A DNA stretch of 64,000 nt. Source: Bacteroidota bacterium (GTDB taxonomy: Bacteria; Bacteroidota; Bacteroidia; Chitinophagales; Chitinophagaceae). The stretch covers positions 7,472 to 71,471 of the forward strand of contig JBKCMR010000001.1 in NCBI GenBank assembly GCA_046300055.1, written 5' to 3'. The position numbers were made by a program, and so were the translations under genes. Below, piece after piece: positions 54,090-63,688 of the stretch (positions are counted from its first letter, which is position 1; every line of letters starts with the position of its first letter). Under the pieces are notes generated by a model that worked only from the letters and a program-made list of their open reading frames with translations, ran no database searches and had not been told where the DNA came from.

Positions 54090-55388
54090 ATGGAGTGGCT
54101 GATCCTATTTGCCCTGATTTTTTTCAACGCCCTGTTTGTGATCTCCGAGATCGCTTTGGTATCCGTCAGAAAATCACGTCTCGAAAGCCTGGCAGAGAAA
54201 GGACATGTCCGTGCAAAAAAGGCACTGGCGCTGGTTCAACAACCCGAGAAGTTTTTATCGGCTGCCCAGATCGGAATCACACTCATCGCGATCCTGACCG
54301 GAGTTTATTCCGGTGAAACATTTGCGCATGACCTGCAGCCCTGGCTGGAAAAATGGCCTTTGATCGAACCTTATGCGGAAACGGTTTCAACCACTCTCGT
54401 AGTAGTGGGTGTCACGTTTTTGTCAATTGTTTTAGGGGAATTATTCCCCAAACAGATCGGATTGATGCGGGCTGAACGCATTGCATTGATCGTAGCAGGA
54501 CCAGTCGATGGTTTCGCTCGTATCACCGCCCCACTCGTTTGGCTATTGAACCGCACCACCACCTTGATCTTTCGGATATTCAATATTCGAAGATCACAAG
54601 AGGATGCTGTTACGGAAGAAGAGATCAAAACACTGATAACAGAAGGAACGGAGGCCGGTACCATTGATGAAGCCGAGCAGGAAATCATTGAGCGGGTATT
54701 TCACCTGAGCGACCGCAACATCACCTCGCTCATGACGCACCGCAGCGACATCATCTGGTTCGACTTGGATGAAACCGAGGAGCAGATCAAGGAAAAGATA
54801 CTGCGCGAACCCCATTCCGCTTATCCCATATGCAAGGGAGACATCGATCACATTCAGGGAGTTGTTTCGATCAAGGACCTATACGTTCATCCCGATCAGA
54901 CACCTTTCCGCAAGATCATGCAACCTGCTTTATTCGTGCCGGAAAACAATAGCCCCTATCAGGTACTCGAAAAATTTCAAACCTCCCAGATCCATTCTGC
55001 CTTCATTGTTGATGAGTATGGGAGTATTCAAGGTCTCATCACATTGAAAGATATACTGGAGGCCATCGTTGGGGAAATGCCCCAGGCGGACGTACCCGAG
55101 TACCAGGTAACGGAACGACATGACGGCAGCTTTCTGGTGGATGCTCAATTTCCATTCTACGATTTTCTTAGCCACTTCCACCGCACCGAGTGGATGAATG
55201 AAGGCGAACAGGAATTCGATACCTTGGCCGGATTCATTTTACATCAGCTGGAACGCATTCCAAAAGCCGGCGACCGGTTCCAATGGAAAGAGTTTTCGCT
55301 GGAGGTGATGGACATGGACGGTCACCGCATCGACAAAGTATTGGTGGGCGTTTCGGATGACATCCGATCGGACATGAAGGAGGATTGA
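54090..55388 (+). CDS. CNNM/HlyC-CorC family protein (DUF21 + CBS pair + CorC_HlyC)
   Basis: 432 aa. N-terminal LNALFVISEIALVS and a C-terminal CorC-type domain. It starts directly after the PAP2 stop. Confidence 0.88.
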   Translation: MEWLILFALIFFNALFVISEIALVSVRKSRLESLAEKGHVRAKKALALVQQPEKFLSAAQIGITLIAILTGVYSGETFAHDLQPWLEKWPLIEPYAETVSTTLVVVGVTFLSIVLGELFPKQIGLMRAERIALIVAGPVDGFARITAPLVWLLNRTTTLIFRIFNIRRSQEDAVTEEEIKTLITEGTEAGTIDEAEQEIIERVFHLSDRNITSLMTHRSDIIWFDLDETEEQIKEKILREPHSAYPICKGDIDHIQGVVSIKDLYVHPDQTPFRKIMQPALFVPENNSPYQVLEKFQTSQIHSAFIVDEYGSIQGLITLKDILEAIVGEMPQADVPEYQVTERHDGSFLVDAQFPFYDFLSHFHRTEWMNEGEQEFDTLAGFILHQLERIPKAGDRFQWKEFSLEVMDMDGHRIDKVLVGVSDDIRSDMKED

Positions 55389-55922
55389 TCAAAATCGGAA
55401 TTCGATCTGTCGGGCCGGATGATTCAACTTTGAACTTTGCCGGCGACCACCTACCATTACATGGAAAATATTGATCTGGTCCGTGAATTGCTCATATAAC
55501 AACCCACAGTCTGCTTGCAGTTGCTGTGGCGGAGCAGGTGAGGCATATTCTACGAAAGCATAAATGGCTTCTTTATCCTGTTCAAATCCCAGATAGGTTC
55601 CGTTGATCTTTTTACCATTTACTGATAATACCAACTGCTCCCGTACATAACGAGCGATCAGGCTATCCATGGCATTTTTCTTGGCAGGGGCGCTCAGATC
55701 GATAGCAACTTGAAAGCGGGTTCGCAAAGCATTTTCAAAATCATCCGTAAAAAGCTTGCACGAAAGCTCCAACGTCCAGTCTTTCGCATTGTGTTCGATC
55801 TCCACTACCGCTACATGAAAAGGATGATCCGTCTTGATCGCCGCAGATAGGCAGAAAAATAAGATCAAAGAGAGTCCGATGTTTCGTTTCCAGGCAGGCA
55901 TTAGCGGATTTTTTCGTCTCAA
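55389..55922 (-). CDS. DUF6702-like secreted protein
   Basis: 177 aa. Signal peptide, then HPFHVAVVEIEHNAKDWTLELSCKLFTDDFENAL. Family assignment is from memory. Confidence 0.5.
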   Translation of the reverse strand: MRRKNPLMPAWKRNIGLSLILFFCLSAAIKTDHPFHVAVVEIEHNAKDWTLELSCKLFTDDFENALRTRFQVAIDLSAPAKKNAMDSLIARYVREQLVLSVNGKKINGTYLGFEQDKEAIYAFVEYASPAPPQQLQADCGLLYEQFTDQINIFHVMVGGRRQSSKLNHPARQIEFRF

Positions 55923-55949
55923 ATCTAGGAAGTAAATTGAACCCTTCCT

Positions 55950-56546
55950 TTGAACGGAGCAGAAATGAATTCATTTGGCTTTTATTTTCAATGGGGCTGG
56001 GAACACATCATCAGCCGGGATGCGCTGGACCATCAGCTGTTTATCACCGCCCTCATGGGATTATACCTGGCAGACCAGTGGAAAAAGATTCTGGTGCTGG
56101 TTACCGCCTTCACCATAGGACATTCCCTGACCTTGGCATTAAGCGTGTTGGATTGGATCCGAATTTCATCGGATTGGGTTGAATTTTTGATTCCGCTGAC
56201 CATTGTACTTACCTGTCTGAACAATTTGAGGCGATTAACCCCCGACCGGAAACAACAGACGCTCCAATACTTACTTGCCACTGTATTTGGCCTGATCCAC
56301 GGAATGGGATTTGCCAACAATATCCGCTTCGTGCTGCCCCCAGACGAAAGCCTGGCCATGAATTTACTGGCATTTAACCTGGGTCTGGAAGCAGGACAGA
56401 TCCTGATCGTCTTGCTGCTGTTGCTGATCGGATATGCCGTTGTGAGGTTCTTTCAAGTCTCCCGAAGAGACTGGTCACTTTTCCTCTCCGCAGCATCATT
56501 TGGCTTAGCTTTGTGGATCACGCTACAACGAACTCCTTTTTTGTAA
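55950..56546 (+). CDS. HupE/UreJ-family membrane protein (putative Ni/Co or other metal permease)
   Basis: WEHIISRDALDHQLF, TIGHSLT and GLIHGMGFA His-containing TM motifs. The ATG at 55965 is an alternative start. Confidence 0.65.
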   Translation: MNGAEMNSFGFYFQWGWEHIISRDALDHQLFITALMGLYLADQWKKILVLVTAFTIGHSLTLALSVLDWIRISSDWVEFLIPLTIVLTCLNNLRRLTPDRKQQTLQYLLATVFGLIHGMGFANNIRFVLPPDESLAMNLLAFNLGLEAGQILIVLLLLLIGYAVVRFFQVSRRDWSLFLSAASFGLALWITLQRTPFL

Positions 56547-56564
56547 ACAATCAAACAGACCTAT

Positions 56565-58958
56565 ATGCGATTCTCCCTTCTTTCGCTGTTTTTGATCCTG
56601 TCGGTCACACTTTCTGCCCAGAACCCGCAGAACAACCCCGGCAGCAACCACGGCAATAAATTCGAGCAATTGGGATCGACCCTGCCGACCCCCAATGAAT
56701 ATCGAACTGCCAGCGGTGCACCAGGACCCAAATACTGGCAACAACGTTGCGACTACGACATCACTTGTGAACTGGATGAAAAGAATTTGACGCTGACCGG
56801 TCGCGAGCGGATCACCTACCGGAATCAATCCCCCGACGCGTTGGAGTACCTCTGGCTCCAATTAGATGAAAATGAACACAGCAGCGTCAAGAACGCCAAC
56901 TACCAGAATAGTAATGGCATGAACAAGCGGATGAGTCCAGGTGCTATCGATAAAATGGATGAAGCCTACAAAGACAATGGCTTTGGCGTCAACATCACAC
57001 GCGTTGCGGACAGCTCCGGCAAGAAGCTGACTTACATGGTCAACAAAACCATGATGCGCGTGGAAATACCCAAGCCCCTGAGACCCGGACAGATCTTTGT
57101 ATTCAACATCGACTGGAATTATAAGATCCCCGATCGCATGGCACAGGGTGGTCGCGGTGGATATGAGTATTTCCCCGAAGACGGAAACTACCTGTTCACT
57201 ATCGCCCAGTGGTATCCCCGTCTCTGCGTATACAGTGACTTTCAAGGTTGGCAGAATCATCAATTCACCGGTCGCGGCGAATTCGCCTTAACCTTCGGTG
57301 ACTTCAATGTTAAAATGACCGTTCCTGCCGATCACATCGTCGGATCCACCGGCGAATGCCAGAACTATTCCCGTGTACTGACTCCTGCTCAATTGGCCAG
57401 ATGGAAACAAGCACAAACCAGCAAGGATGTGATCGAGATCGTTACACTCGATGAAGCTAAGGCCGCTGAAAACAACAATACCACTGCCAAAAAAACCTGG
57501 CACTACAAAGCGAAGAATGTGCGTGATTTCGCTTGGGGATCCAGCCCGAAATTTGTTTGGGATGCTATGCCGGTGAACATCGAAGGCAGAAAGGTGATGG
57601 CCATGAGCTTGTACGGAAAAGAGGCTTACGGACTTTACCGCCCCTTCTCCACCAAAGTAGTGGCACACACCATCAAAACCTATTCCGACTTCACTATCCC
57701 TTACCCTTATCCGGTTGCACAAAGTGTAGAGGCCAGCAACGGTATGGAATACCCGATGATCTGCTTCAACTATGGTAGAACAGAAAAAGACGGAACGTAT
57801 AGTGAGAGCATCAAGAATGGCATGATCGGGGTGGTGATCCACGAGGTGGGACACAATTTCTTCCCCATGATCATCAACAGTGACGAGCGTCAATGGAGTT
57901 GGATGGATGAAGGACTGAATACATTCGTGGAATACCTTGCCGAAGAGCTGTGGGATAATAAATTCCCCAGCCGCAGAGGTCCGGCCGCTTACATCACCGA
58001 CTATATGAAGTTGCCGAAAGATCAACTGGAACCCATCATGACCAATAGCGAGAACATCGTTCAATTCGGTCCGAATGCTTACTCAAAACCCGCCACTGGT
58101 CTGAATATCCTGCGCGAAACCATCATGGGCCGCGAGCTGTTCGATTACGCCTTCAAACAATATGCCCGTCGCTGGGCCTTCAAACATCCGGAGCCCGCTG
58201 ACTTCTTCCGCACCATGGAAGATGCCAGTGGTGAAGACCTCGATTGGTTCTGGAGAGGCTGGTTCTACAGTACGGATGTTTGTGACATCTCCTTGGATAC
58301 CGTTAAATATGCAAAGGCTGATGTGGATTCGAAGCCGATGGAGGCACCGGAAAACAAGATCAAGCGAGGTGTAGACAAACCACAGGTGCCGAGCTTTGAT
58401 GATCTCTCCAAGATCCGCAACCGCCAAGACAGCACGATCAAGTTTGAAACGGATCGCGACACCACACTCCGCGATTTCTACTGGCGTTATGCCCGCGGCA
58501 TCGAGCCTTATGATACCGCTAAATACGAGATCACCATCCCGGCGATGAAGGGAGAAGAACTGACCCCTGAGGAAAAAGAGAAATATGGCAACCGTCATAT
58601 GTATGAACTGACCTTCAGTAACAAAGGCGGATTGGTGATGCCGATCATCCTGGAATGGACTTATGCTGATGGCACCACCGAATATGAAAAGATCCCTGCG
58701 CAGGTTTGGCGACTGAACGAAAGCAAAGTCATCAAAACCTTTTTGAAGAACAAAGAAGTCAAATCTGTCAAGCTGGATCCTTATCGGGAAACAGCCGATA
58801 TCAACGAATCCAACAACGGCTGGAACACCATTTCCGCGCCTTCCAAATTCTCCGTGTTCAAACAGAACATGAATGGTCCGCGTCGTGGTGCCCCCGGTAT
58901 CGGCGGCAACCCGATGCAACGGGCTCAGGAAAAAGAGAATCAGAAAAAAGCCTTTTAA
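56565..58958 (+). CDS. M1-family zinc metallopeptidase (aminopeptidase N-like), secreted
   Basis: 797 aa. Signal peptide. HEVGHNFF...WMDEGLNTF (HEXXH-X18-E). Confidence 0.88.
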   Translation: MRFSLLSLFLILSVTLSAQNPQNNPGSNHGNKFEQLGSTLPTPNEYRTASGAPGPKYWQQRCDYDITCELDEKNLTLTGRERITYRNQSPDALEYLWLQLDENEHSSVKNANYQNSNGMNKRMSPGAIDKMDEAYKDNGFGVNITRVADSSGKKLTYMVNKTMMRVEIPKPLRPGQIFVFNIDWNYKIPDRMAQGGRGGYEYFPEDGNYLFTIAQWYPRLCVYSDFQGWQNHQFTGRGEFALTFGDFNVKMTVPADHIVGSTGECQNYSRVLTPAQLARWKQAQTSKDVIEIVTLDEAKAAENNNTTAKKTWHYKAKNVRDFAWGSSPKFVWDAMPVNIEGRKVMAMSLYGKEAYGLYRPFSTKVVAHTIKTYSDFTIPYPYPVAQSVEASNGMEYPMICFNYGRTEKDGTYSESIKNGMIGVVIHEVGHNFFPMIINSDERQWSWMDEGLNTFVEYLAEELWDNKFPSRRGPAAYITDYMKLPKDQLEPIMTNSENIVQFGPNAYSKPATGLNILRETIMGRELFDYAFKQYARRWAFKHPEPADFFRTMEDASGEDLDWFWRGWFYSTDVCDISLDTVKYAKADVDSKPMEAPENKIKRGVDKPQVPSFDDLSKIRNRQDSTIKFETDRDTTLRDFYWRYARGIEPYDTAKYEITIPAMKGEELTPEEKEKYGNRHMYELTFSNKGGLVMPIILEWTYADGTTEYEKIPAQVWRLNESKVIKTFLKNKEVKSVKLDPYRETADINESNNGWNTISAPSKFSVFKQNMNGPRRGAPGIGGNPMQRAQEKENQKKAF

Positions 58959-58977
58959 TTGATTCTTCAACCTACCG

Positions 58978-59006
58978 AACGGCCGCCAATGGCGGCCGTT
59001 TTTTTA
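58978..59006 (+). terminator. rho-independent terminator of the M1 peptidase gene
   Basis: aacggccgcc-aat-ggcggccgtt followed by TTTTTAT. Confidence 0.8.
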
Positions 59007-59016
59007 TATTCGAACT

Positions 59017-59856
59017 ATGAAAAGAATCACGACCGGAGTTTTACTTCTGCTACTTTGCTCTCAAATCATCCATGCCGCTTCCGTTGATACGATCCAAGTA
59101 TCCAGCAAAGCAATGAACAAGGAGATCAATTGTGTGGTGATCAAACCCGAGGGATACAAAAACAAGAATAACGAGCAGAAACGATATCCGGTCGTATACC
59201 TGCTGCACGGATACAGCGGCAAGTATAATAACTGGATCATCCGCACGCCCGAACTGAAAGAGATTGCTGACCGGGAGGAACTCATCATTGTTTGTCCGGA
59301 TGGTGGTTACAGCGGCTGGTACTGGGATAGTCCGGTTGATTCCTCGTCACGTTATGAGACCCATATTGCCCAAGAGGTTCCTGAGCAGATCGATAATCTA
59401 TACCGAACCATCACTGATCGAAGTGGTCGGGCGATCACCGGACTAAGCATGGGTGGCCATGGGGGCATTTACCTAGGATTCAGGCATGCTGATTTTTTCG
59501 GCGCCTGCGGCAGTATGAGTGGCGCGGTCGATCTCTCCTACTCCATCAATAAATATGAGATCGCCAAGCGCATCGGAGATACCCTCACCTATCGCGATAA
59601 CTGGTACAAATACAGTGCGATCGGAACGGTAGATCAACCAACAAAACATCCGCTCTCGATCATCATCGATTGTGGTATCGAAGACCACTTGATACAGGGT
59701 AATCGAAATCTGCACCAGAAACTAATGGATCGAAAAATCCCGCATGACTATATTGAACGCCCCGGCAAACACGACTGGAACTACTGGCGTAATGCGGTTC
59801 AATATCAACTGTTATATTTCAGTCGCTTTTTCCAACAGCAAGAGAAAAAGAAATAG
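59017..59856 (+). CDS. secreted esterase (esterase D / CE1-like alpha/beta hydrolase)
   Basis: Signal peptide. YLLHGYSG. Nucleophile elbow GLSMGGHG. Confidence 0.8.
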   Translation: MKRITTGVLLLLLCSQIIHAASVDTIQVSSKAMNKEINCVVIKPEGYKNKNNEQKRYPVVYLLHGYSGKYNNWIIRTPELKEIADREELIIVCPDGGYSGWYWDSPVDSSSRYETHIAQEVPEQIDNLYRTITDRSGRAITGLSMGGHGGIYLGFRHADFFGACGSMSGAVDLSYSINKYEIAKRIGDTLTYRDNWYKYSAIGTVDQPTKHPLSIIIDCGIEDHLIQGNRNLHQKLMDRKIPHDYIERPGKHDWNYWRNAVQYQLLYFSRFFQQQEKKK

Positions 59857-59859
59857 AAA

Positions 59860-60585
59860 TTAATTTCCGGTCGACCCGTCCCGCACCCGGATGGACTTCT
59901 TACCTGAATTTTTCTTCTCGTAATCCTGGATCACAGCCGGTTTGCTGACCTTTTTATTGCCAACTGAATCGGTCGTTGGCACATATGACGGTTTCGAACG
60001 AGGATCGATCGGCTTCAAGGAAGTAACGCCACTTTCACCGTCCCCACCATCCCCAGTCTCCTCCTTTAGTCGATTCATCACATACTCCAGCTTCTCTTCG
60101 ACCTTACCGGTACGGGGATCGTAATAGATCCAAGCACCATGTTTCATGGAAACACCTTCATTCTTTACCACCACCTGCCCGACAATCTTATTCGGATCGT
60201 TGAGATCGTATACCCTAACCGTATCGAATGCATTGGCTGGATCAATGGCACGCCAATTTTCAACCCGAACCAATCCGCCGAAATAGGAGTAGTATTTCTG
60301 GCGACCATTCAGCAGTCCCCACCGGTACTGCTCCTCTGCGATCAGAATGCCCTCGCGGGAGAATCGGGACCACTCCCCCTCTTTCTTGTCTTTCTCAAAA
60401 TACCCCTGTTCCTCATAACCTCTCTCCCCACGGAGCTCAGGCACGGTGATGAACCAAGGACCTTGTCGCTTGCCTTGCAGATCGATGCGGTTGAGGGTGT
60501 CGCCACGGGGACTGATCTCAAAGGATTTCCATTGACCCTGGGCCTGAAGCCCCCCCAATAGAAACAAACTGATCAGGAACCGCAT
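59860..60585 (-). CDS. hypothetical secreted protein with MORN/YwqK-like repeats
   Basis: Trimmed to the ATG at 60585 (MRFLISLFLLGG). G.W..F...G repeats. Low-complexity C-terminus. Confidence 0.45.
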   Translation of the reverse strand: MRFLISLFLLGGLQAQGQWKSFEISPRGDTLNRIDLQGKRQGPWFITVPELRGERGYEEQGYFEKDKKEGEWSRFSREGILIAEEQYRWGLLNGRQKYYSYFGGLVRVENWRAIDPANAFDTVRVYDLNDPNKIVGQVVVKNEGVSMKHGAWIYYDPRTGKVEEKLEYVMNRLKEETGDGGDGESGVTSLKPIDPRSKPSYVPTTDSVGNKKVSKPAVIQDYEKKNSGKKSIRVRDGSTGN

Positions 60586-60591
60586 ATTTAG

Positions 60592-60599
60592 TAAGTTTG
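60592..60599 (+). promoter_or_regulatory. -7 promoter box TAAGTTTG for the BNR-repeat gene
   Basis: Perfect TAnnTTTG match, 34 nt upstream of the ATG at 60634. Confidence 0.4.
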
Positions 60600-60633
60600 A
60601 CAACTATCGAAATTACGAACGAAAGCCATCGCC

Positions 60634-63234
60634 ATGAAGCTCTCCCTGTTAAGAACCTTACAAATTAGCGTCGCCCTGATCGGCCTGCTCTCCAATGACT
60701 CCCTTGCCCAAACTAAACCCACGGCCGGTACGACTCGATTAGCCAATACCATCACACAACGTGCCAGCCTGGAGAACCGCTCCCAATTAAAAGATGTACC
60801 CTTTCGCAACATCGGTCCAACCATCATGAGCGGACGGGTGGTTGATATCGATGCCAACCCCAACGATCCCACTGAATTCTATGTTGCCTATGCTACAGGC
60901 GGACTCTGGCACACTAAAAACAATGGTCAGAGTTTTACTCCGATCATGGACAGTCTCGATATACTGTTCATCGGCGACATCGCCGTGAATTGGAATACCC
61001 CCGAGCGCATGATATGGGTCGGAACCGGTGAAGTGAACAGCAGCCGTTCTTCCTACGCCGGATTGGGTGTTTACCTCACAAAAGATAACGGGAAGTCCTG
61101 GAATCACCTCGGCCTGGAAGAATCTCATCACATCGGTAAGATCCAACTGCATCCTACCGATCCGAATACGGCATGGGCAGCTGTATTAGGCCATCTCTAC
61201 TCGCCCAACAAAGAACGTGGTGTATATAAAACAACCGATGGCGGTAAGAGCTGGAAGCAAACACTTTTTGTGGATGAAAACACAGGCTGTGTCGACATTG
61301 ACATCAATCCCTCCAACCCCAGCGAAGTCTATGCCGCCATGTGGTACCGAGTTCGTCGCGCTTGGAAATTCGAAGAAAGTGGCCCAAGCAGCGGTATCTA
61401 TAAAAGCATCGACGGCGGACAAACCTGGAATCATGTCAGCGCCGCCGGTTCGGGATTCATGAAAGGAGAAAAGATCGGACGGATCGGTATCACCGTCTAT
61501 CCCAAAAATCCACAGATCTTATACGCGGTGGTAGATAATAACACCCCTCTACCAGCAAAGGAGAAGAAAGACTCCTCCTACGAAAAAGCAAATTTCAAGA
61601 ATCTCACAACAGACCAATTCGCTGCACTGAACGAATCTCGTCTCGATAGTTTTCTGAAAAAAAATCGCTTCCCCCGTCAATACACCGCCAAATACATAAA
61701 AGAAAAAGTAGCAAAAGGAGAACTGGCCACCTCAGCTGTATGGGATTGGCTCGATAGCGATGACGGATTTCAGAATACCGGCATCGCCGGATGCGAGGTG
61801 TATCGAAGTGAAGATGGCGGACTCCACTGGACCAAAACGCATGACAAACCCATTGGCATATTCAACACCTATGGATATTATTTCGCCAAAGTATATACTT
61901 CCTCCTACAACCCTGACAAGGTTTTCATTCTTGGCTTTTATGCGCAGGTATCGACCGATGGAGGCAAGACCTTCACTACGATGGACAAGGGAAATGTTCA
62001 TGCCGACCACCACGCACTTTGGATCAATCCACAACGCGATAGTCATGTGATCAACGGCAACGATGGCGGTTGCAACATCAGCTATGACAATGGTGAAAAT
62101 TGGTTCAAGGCAAACACACCTGCTGTTGGACAGTATTATGCGATCACGGTTGATGAAGCCAAACCCTATAATGTTTATGGCGGATTGCAAGATAACGGCA
62201 GCTGGTGGGGCCCTTCCAACCACAAAGAAGATATCGGCTGGATCGATAACGGTCAATATGGATTCCGGTCGATAAACGGTGGAGATGGCATGCAGGCACA
62301 GGTCGATCCTCGAGACAATGCAACGGTCTATTCAGGTTCGCAATTCGGCGTCTACGCCCGCTACCACAAAGAGAAAAAAGCAGCACCGAAATACATCCGT
62401 CCACAACACGAACTGGGAGAAAAGCCGCTACGCTTCAATTGGCAGACGCCGATCTGGCTGAGTAAGCACCAACCGGATGTACTGTATTACGGAAGCAATC
62501 GCCTGCATCGATCACTGAATAAGGGAGATACAATGATCGCCTTGAGTGGAGACCTGACAAGCGGACGCGTCCCGGGAAATGTTCCCTACGGCACCATCAC
62601 CAGTATCAGTGAATCACCCAAACGTTTCGGACTTGTCTATGTGGGCACCGACGACGGAAATGTGCACCGAAGTTTAGATGGAGGATACAGTTTTGAAAAG
62701 CTGAATGGAACTACTCCTACCATGAAAAATAAAAAGGCACCCGAAGTGTCAATGATCGATACGCGAGGCTTATGGGTCAGCCGATTGACCGCCTCGGCAC
62801 ATATAGAAGGCAGAGTATACATGAGCTTGAATGGATATCGTTTCGATGATTTTCTTCCTTATCTGTACGTGAGTGAGGATCATGGTAAAACCTGGATGCC
62901 TTGCTCCGGCGATCTTCTGTTTGAACCGATCAATGTAGTAAGGGAAGATCCGGTAGACCCTGATATTCTTTATGTGGGTACAGACGGTGGGGTTTATGTG
63001 AGTTTTGACAGAGGACAGTCCTTCATGGCTTGGAGAAGTGGCTTGCCTAAATCCGTTCCGGTACATGACATCGCCATACAATCTCGCGACAATGAGATCG
63101 TACTTGGCACCCACGGACGCAGCCTATATGTAGCCAAGTTGGATGACGTTCAGAAGATCAAGAAAGATCCGGATTGGATGAAAAAGAAACCGGCACCGAA
63201 AAAGGAGAAGGAACGTAATTGGGAGGAAGACTAA
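60634..63234 (+). CDS. BNR/Asp-box repeat protein (sortilin/VPS10-like beta-propeller)
   Basis: 866 aa. Signal peptide. Nine S-x-D-x-G-x-(T/S)-(W/F) Asp-boxes, for example TKDNGKSW, TTDGGKSW, SIDGGQTW, STDGGKTF and SEDHGKTW. Confidence 0.8.
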   Translation: MKLSLLRTLQISVALIGLLSNDSLAQTKPTAGTTRLANTITQRASLENRSQLKDVPFRNIGPTIMSGRVVDIDANPNDPTEFYVAYATGGLWHTKNNGQSFTPIMDSLDILFIGDIAVNWNTPERMIWVGTGEVNSSRSSYAGLGVYLTKDNGKSWNHLGLEESHHIGKIQLHPTDPNTAWAAVLGHLYSPNKERGVYKTTDGGKSWKQTLFVDENTGCVDIDINPSNPSEVYAAMWYRVRRAWKFEESGPSSGIYKSIDGGQTWNHVSAAGSGFMKGEKIGRIGITVYPKNPQILYAVVDNNTPLPAKEKKDSSYEKANFKNLTTDQFAALNESRLDSFLKKNRFPRQYTAKYIKEKVAKGELATSAVWDWLDSDDGFQNTGIAGCEVYRSEDGGLHWTKTHDKPIGIFNTYGYYFAKVYTSSYNPDKVFILGFYAQVSTDGGKTFTTMDKGNVHADHHALWINPQRDSHVINGNDGGCNISYDNGENWFKANTPAVGQYYAITVDEAKPYNVYGGLQDNGSWWGPSNHKEDIGWIDNGQYGFRSINGGDGMQAQVDPRDNATVYSGSQFGVYARYHKEKKAAPKYIRPQHELGEKPLRFNWQTPIWLSKHQPDVLYYGSNRLHRSLNKGDTMIALSGDLTSGRVPGNVPYGTITSISESPKRFGLVYVGTDDGNVHRSLDGGYSFEKLNGTTPTMKNKKAPEVSMIDTRGLWVSRLTASAHIEGRVYMSLNGYRFDDFLPYLYVSEDHGKTWMPCSGDLLFEPINVVREDPVDPDILYVGTDGGVYVSFDRGQSFMAWRSGLPKSVPVHDIAIQSRDNEIVLGTHGRSLYVAKLDDVQKIKKDPDWMKKKPAPKKEKERNWEED

Positions 63235-63239
63235 GATTT

Positions 63240-63665
63240 TCAGGTAGCTGATTGAATGAAGGACAAGAGGGCTAGTTCATAGCCTTTGAGTCCCAACCCC
63301 GCGATCGTGCCTTTTGCTACGCCACTGATATAGGAGACCTGACGGAAATCCTCTCGTGCATGAACGTTACTGATATGTACTTCGATCACAGCCGCAGGTA
63401 TAGCTGACACGGCATCCCGAAGGGCAACGGAAGTATGCGTATACCCACCGGGGTTGAATATGATTCCGTCAACATCAAACCCTTGTTTCTGTATTTCATT
63501 GATCAGTTCTCCTTCTACATTCGATTGGTAATAGCGGAGTTCAATTTCGGGGTAAGCGGTGCGCAGTTGCTGCAAATAATCTTCGAAAGATTGATGGCCA
63601 TACACATCGGGCTCCCGTTTGCCGAGTAGGTTGAGGTTAGGGCCGTTGATGATGGCGATTTTCAT
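63240..63665 (-). CDS. aroQ: type II 3-dehydroquinate dehydratase
   Basis: MKIAIINGPNLNLLGKREPDVYG and HISNVHAREDFR motifs. Confidence 0.92.
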   Translation of the reverse strand: MKIAIINGPNLNLLGKREPDVYGHQSFEDYLQQLRTAYPEIELRYYQSNVEGELINEIQKQGFDVDGIIFNPGGYTHTSVALRDAVSAIPAAVIEVHISNVHAREDFRQVSYISGVAKGTIAGLGLKGYELALLSFIQSAT

Positions 63666-63688
63666 ATTCCGAATATACGATTCTGCGA

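Noticed and set aside
53807-54316. A 169-aa ORF bridging the PAP2 and CNNM genes.
   Set aside because: It is out of frame with two well-supported genes. It is Arg/Cys/His-rich and low-complexity, with no motifs.
56862-58970. Three long antisense ORFs (133, 258 and 295 aa) that together span almost the whole M1 peptidase gene.
   Set aside because: All three share one frame (end coordinates all equal 2 mod 3). That frame is the exact codon-for-codon reverse complement of the M1 frame (start equals 0 mod 3). In it, stops arise only opposite sense TTA, CTA or TCA codons, which this gene rarely uses. The translated products are low-complexity and Gly/Val/Asp/His-rich with no recognisable motifs. 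This is a classic shadow ORF. The same explanation applies to antisense ORFs inside the aconitase, dapB, BNR-repeat, AOS and other genes.
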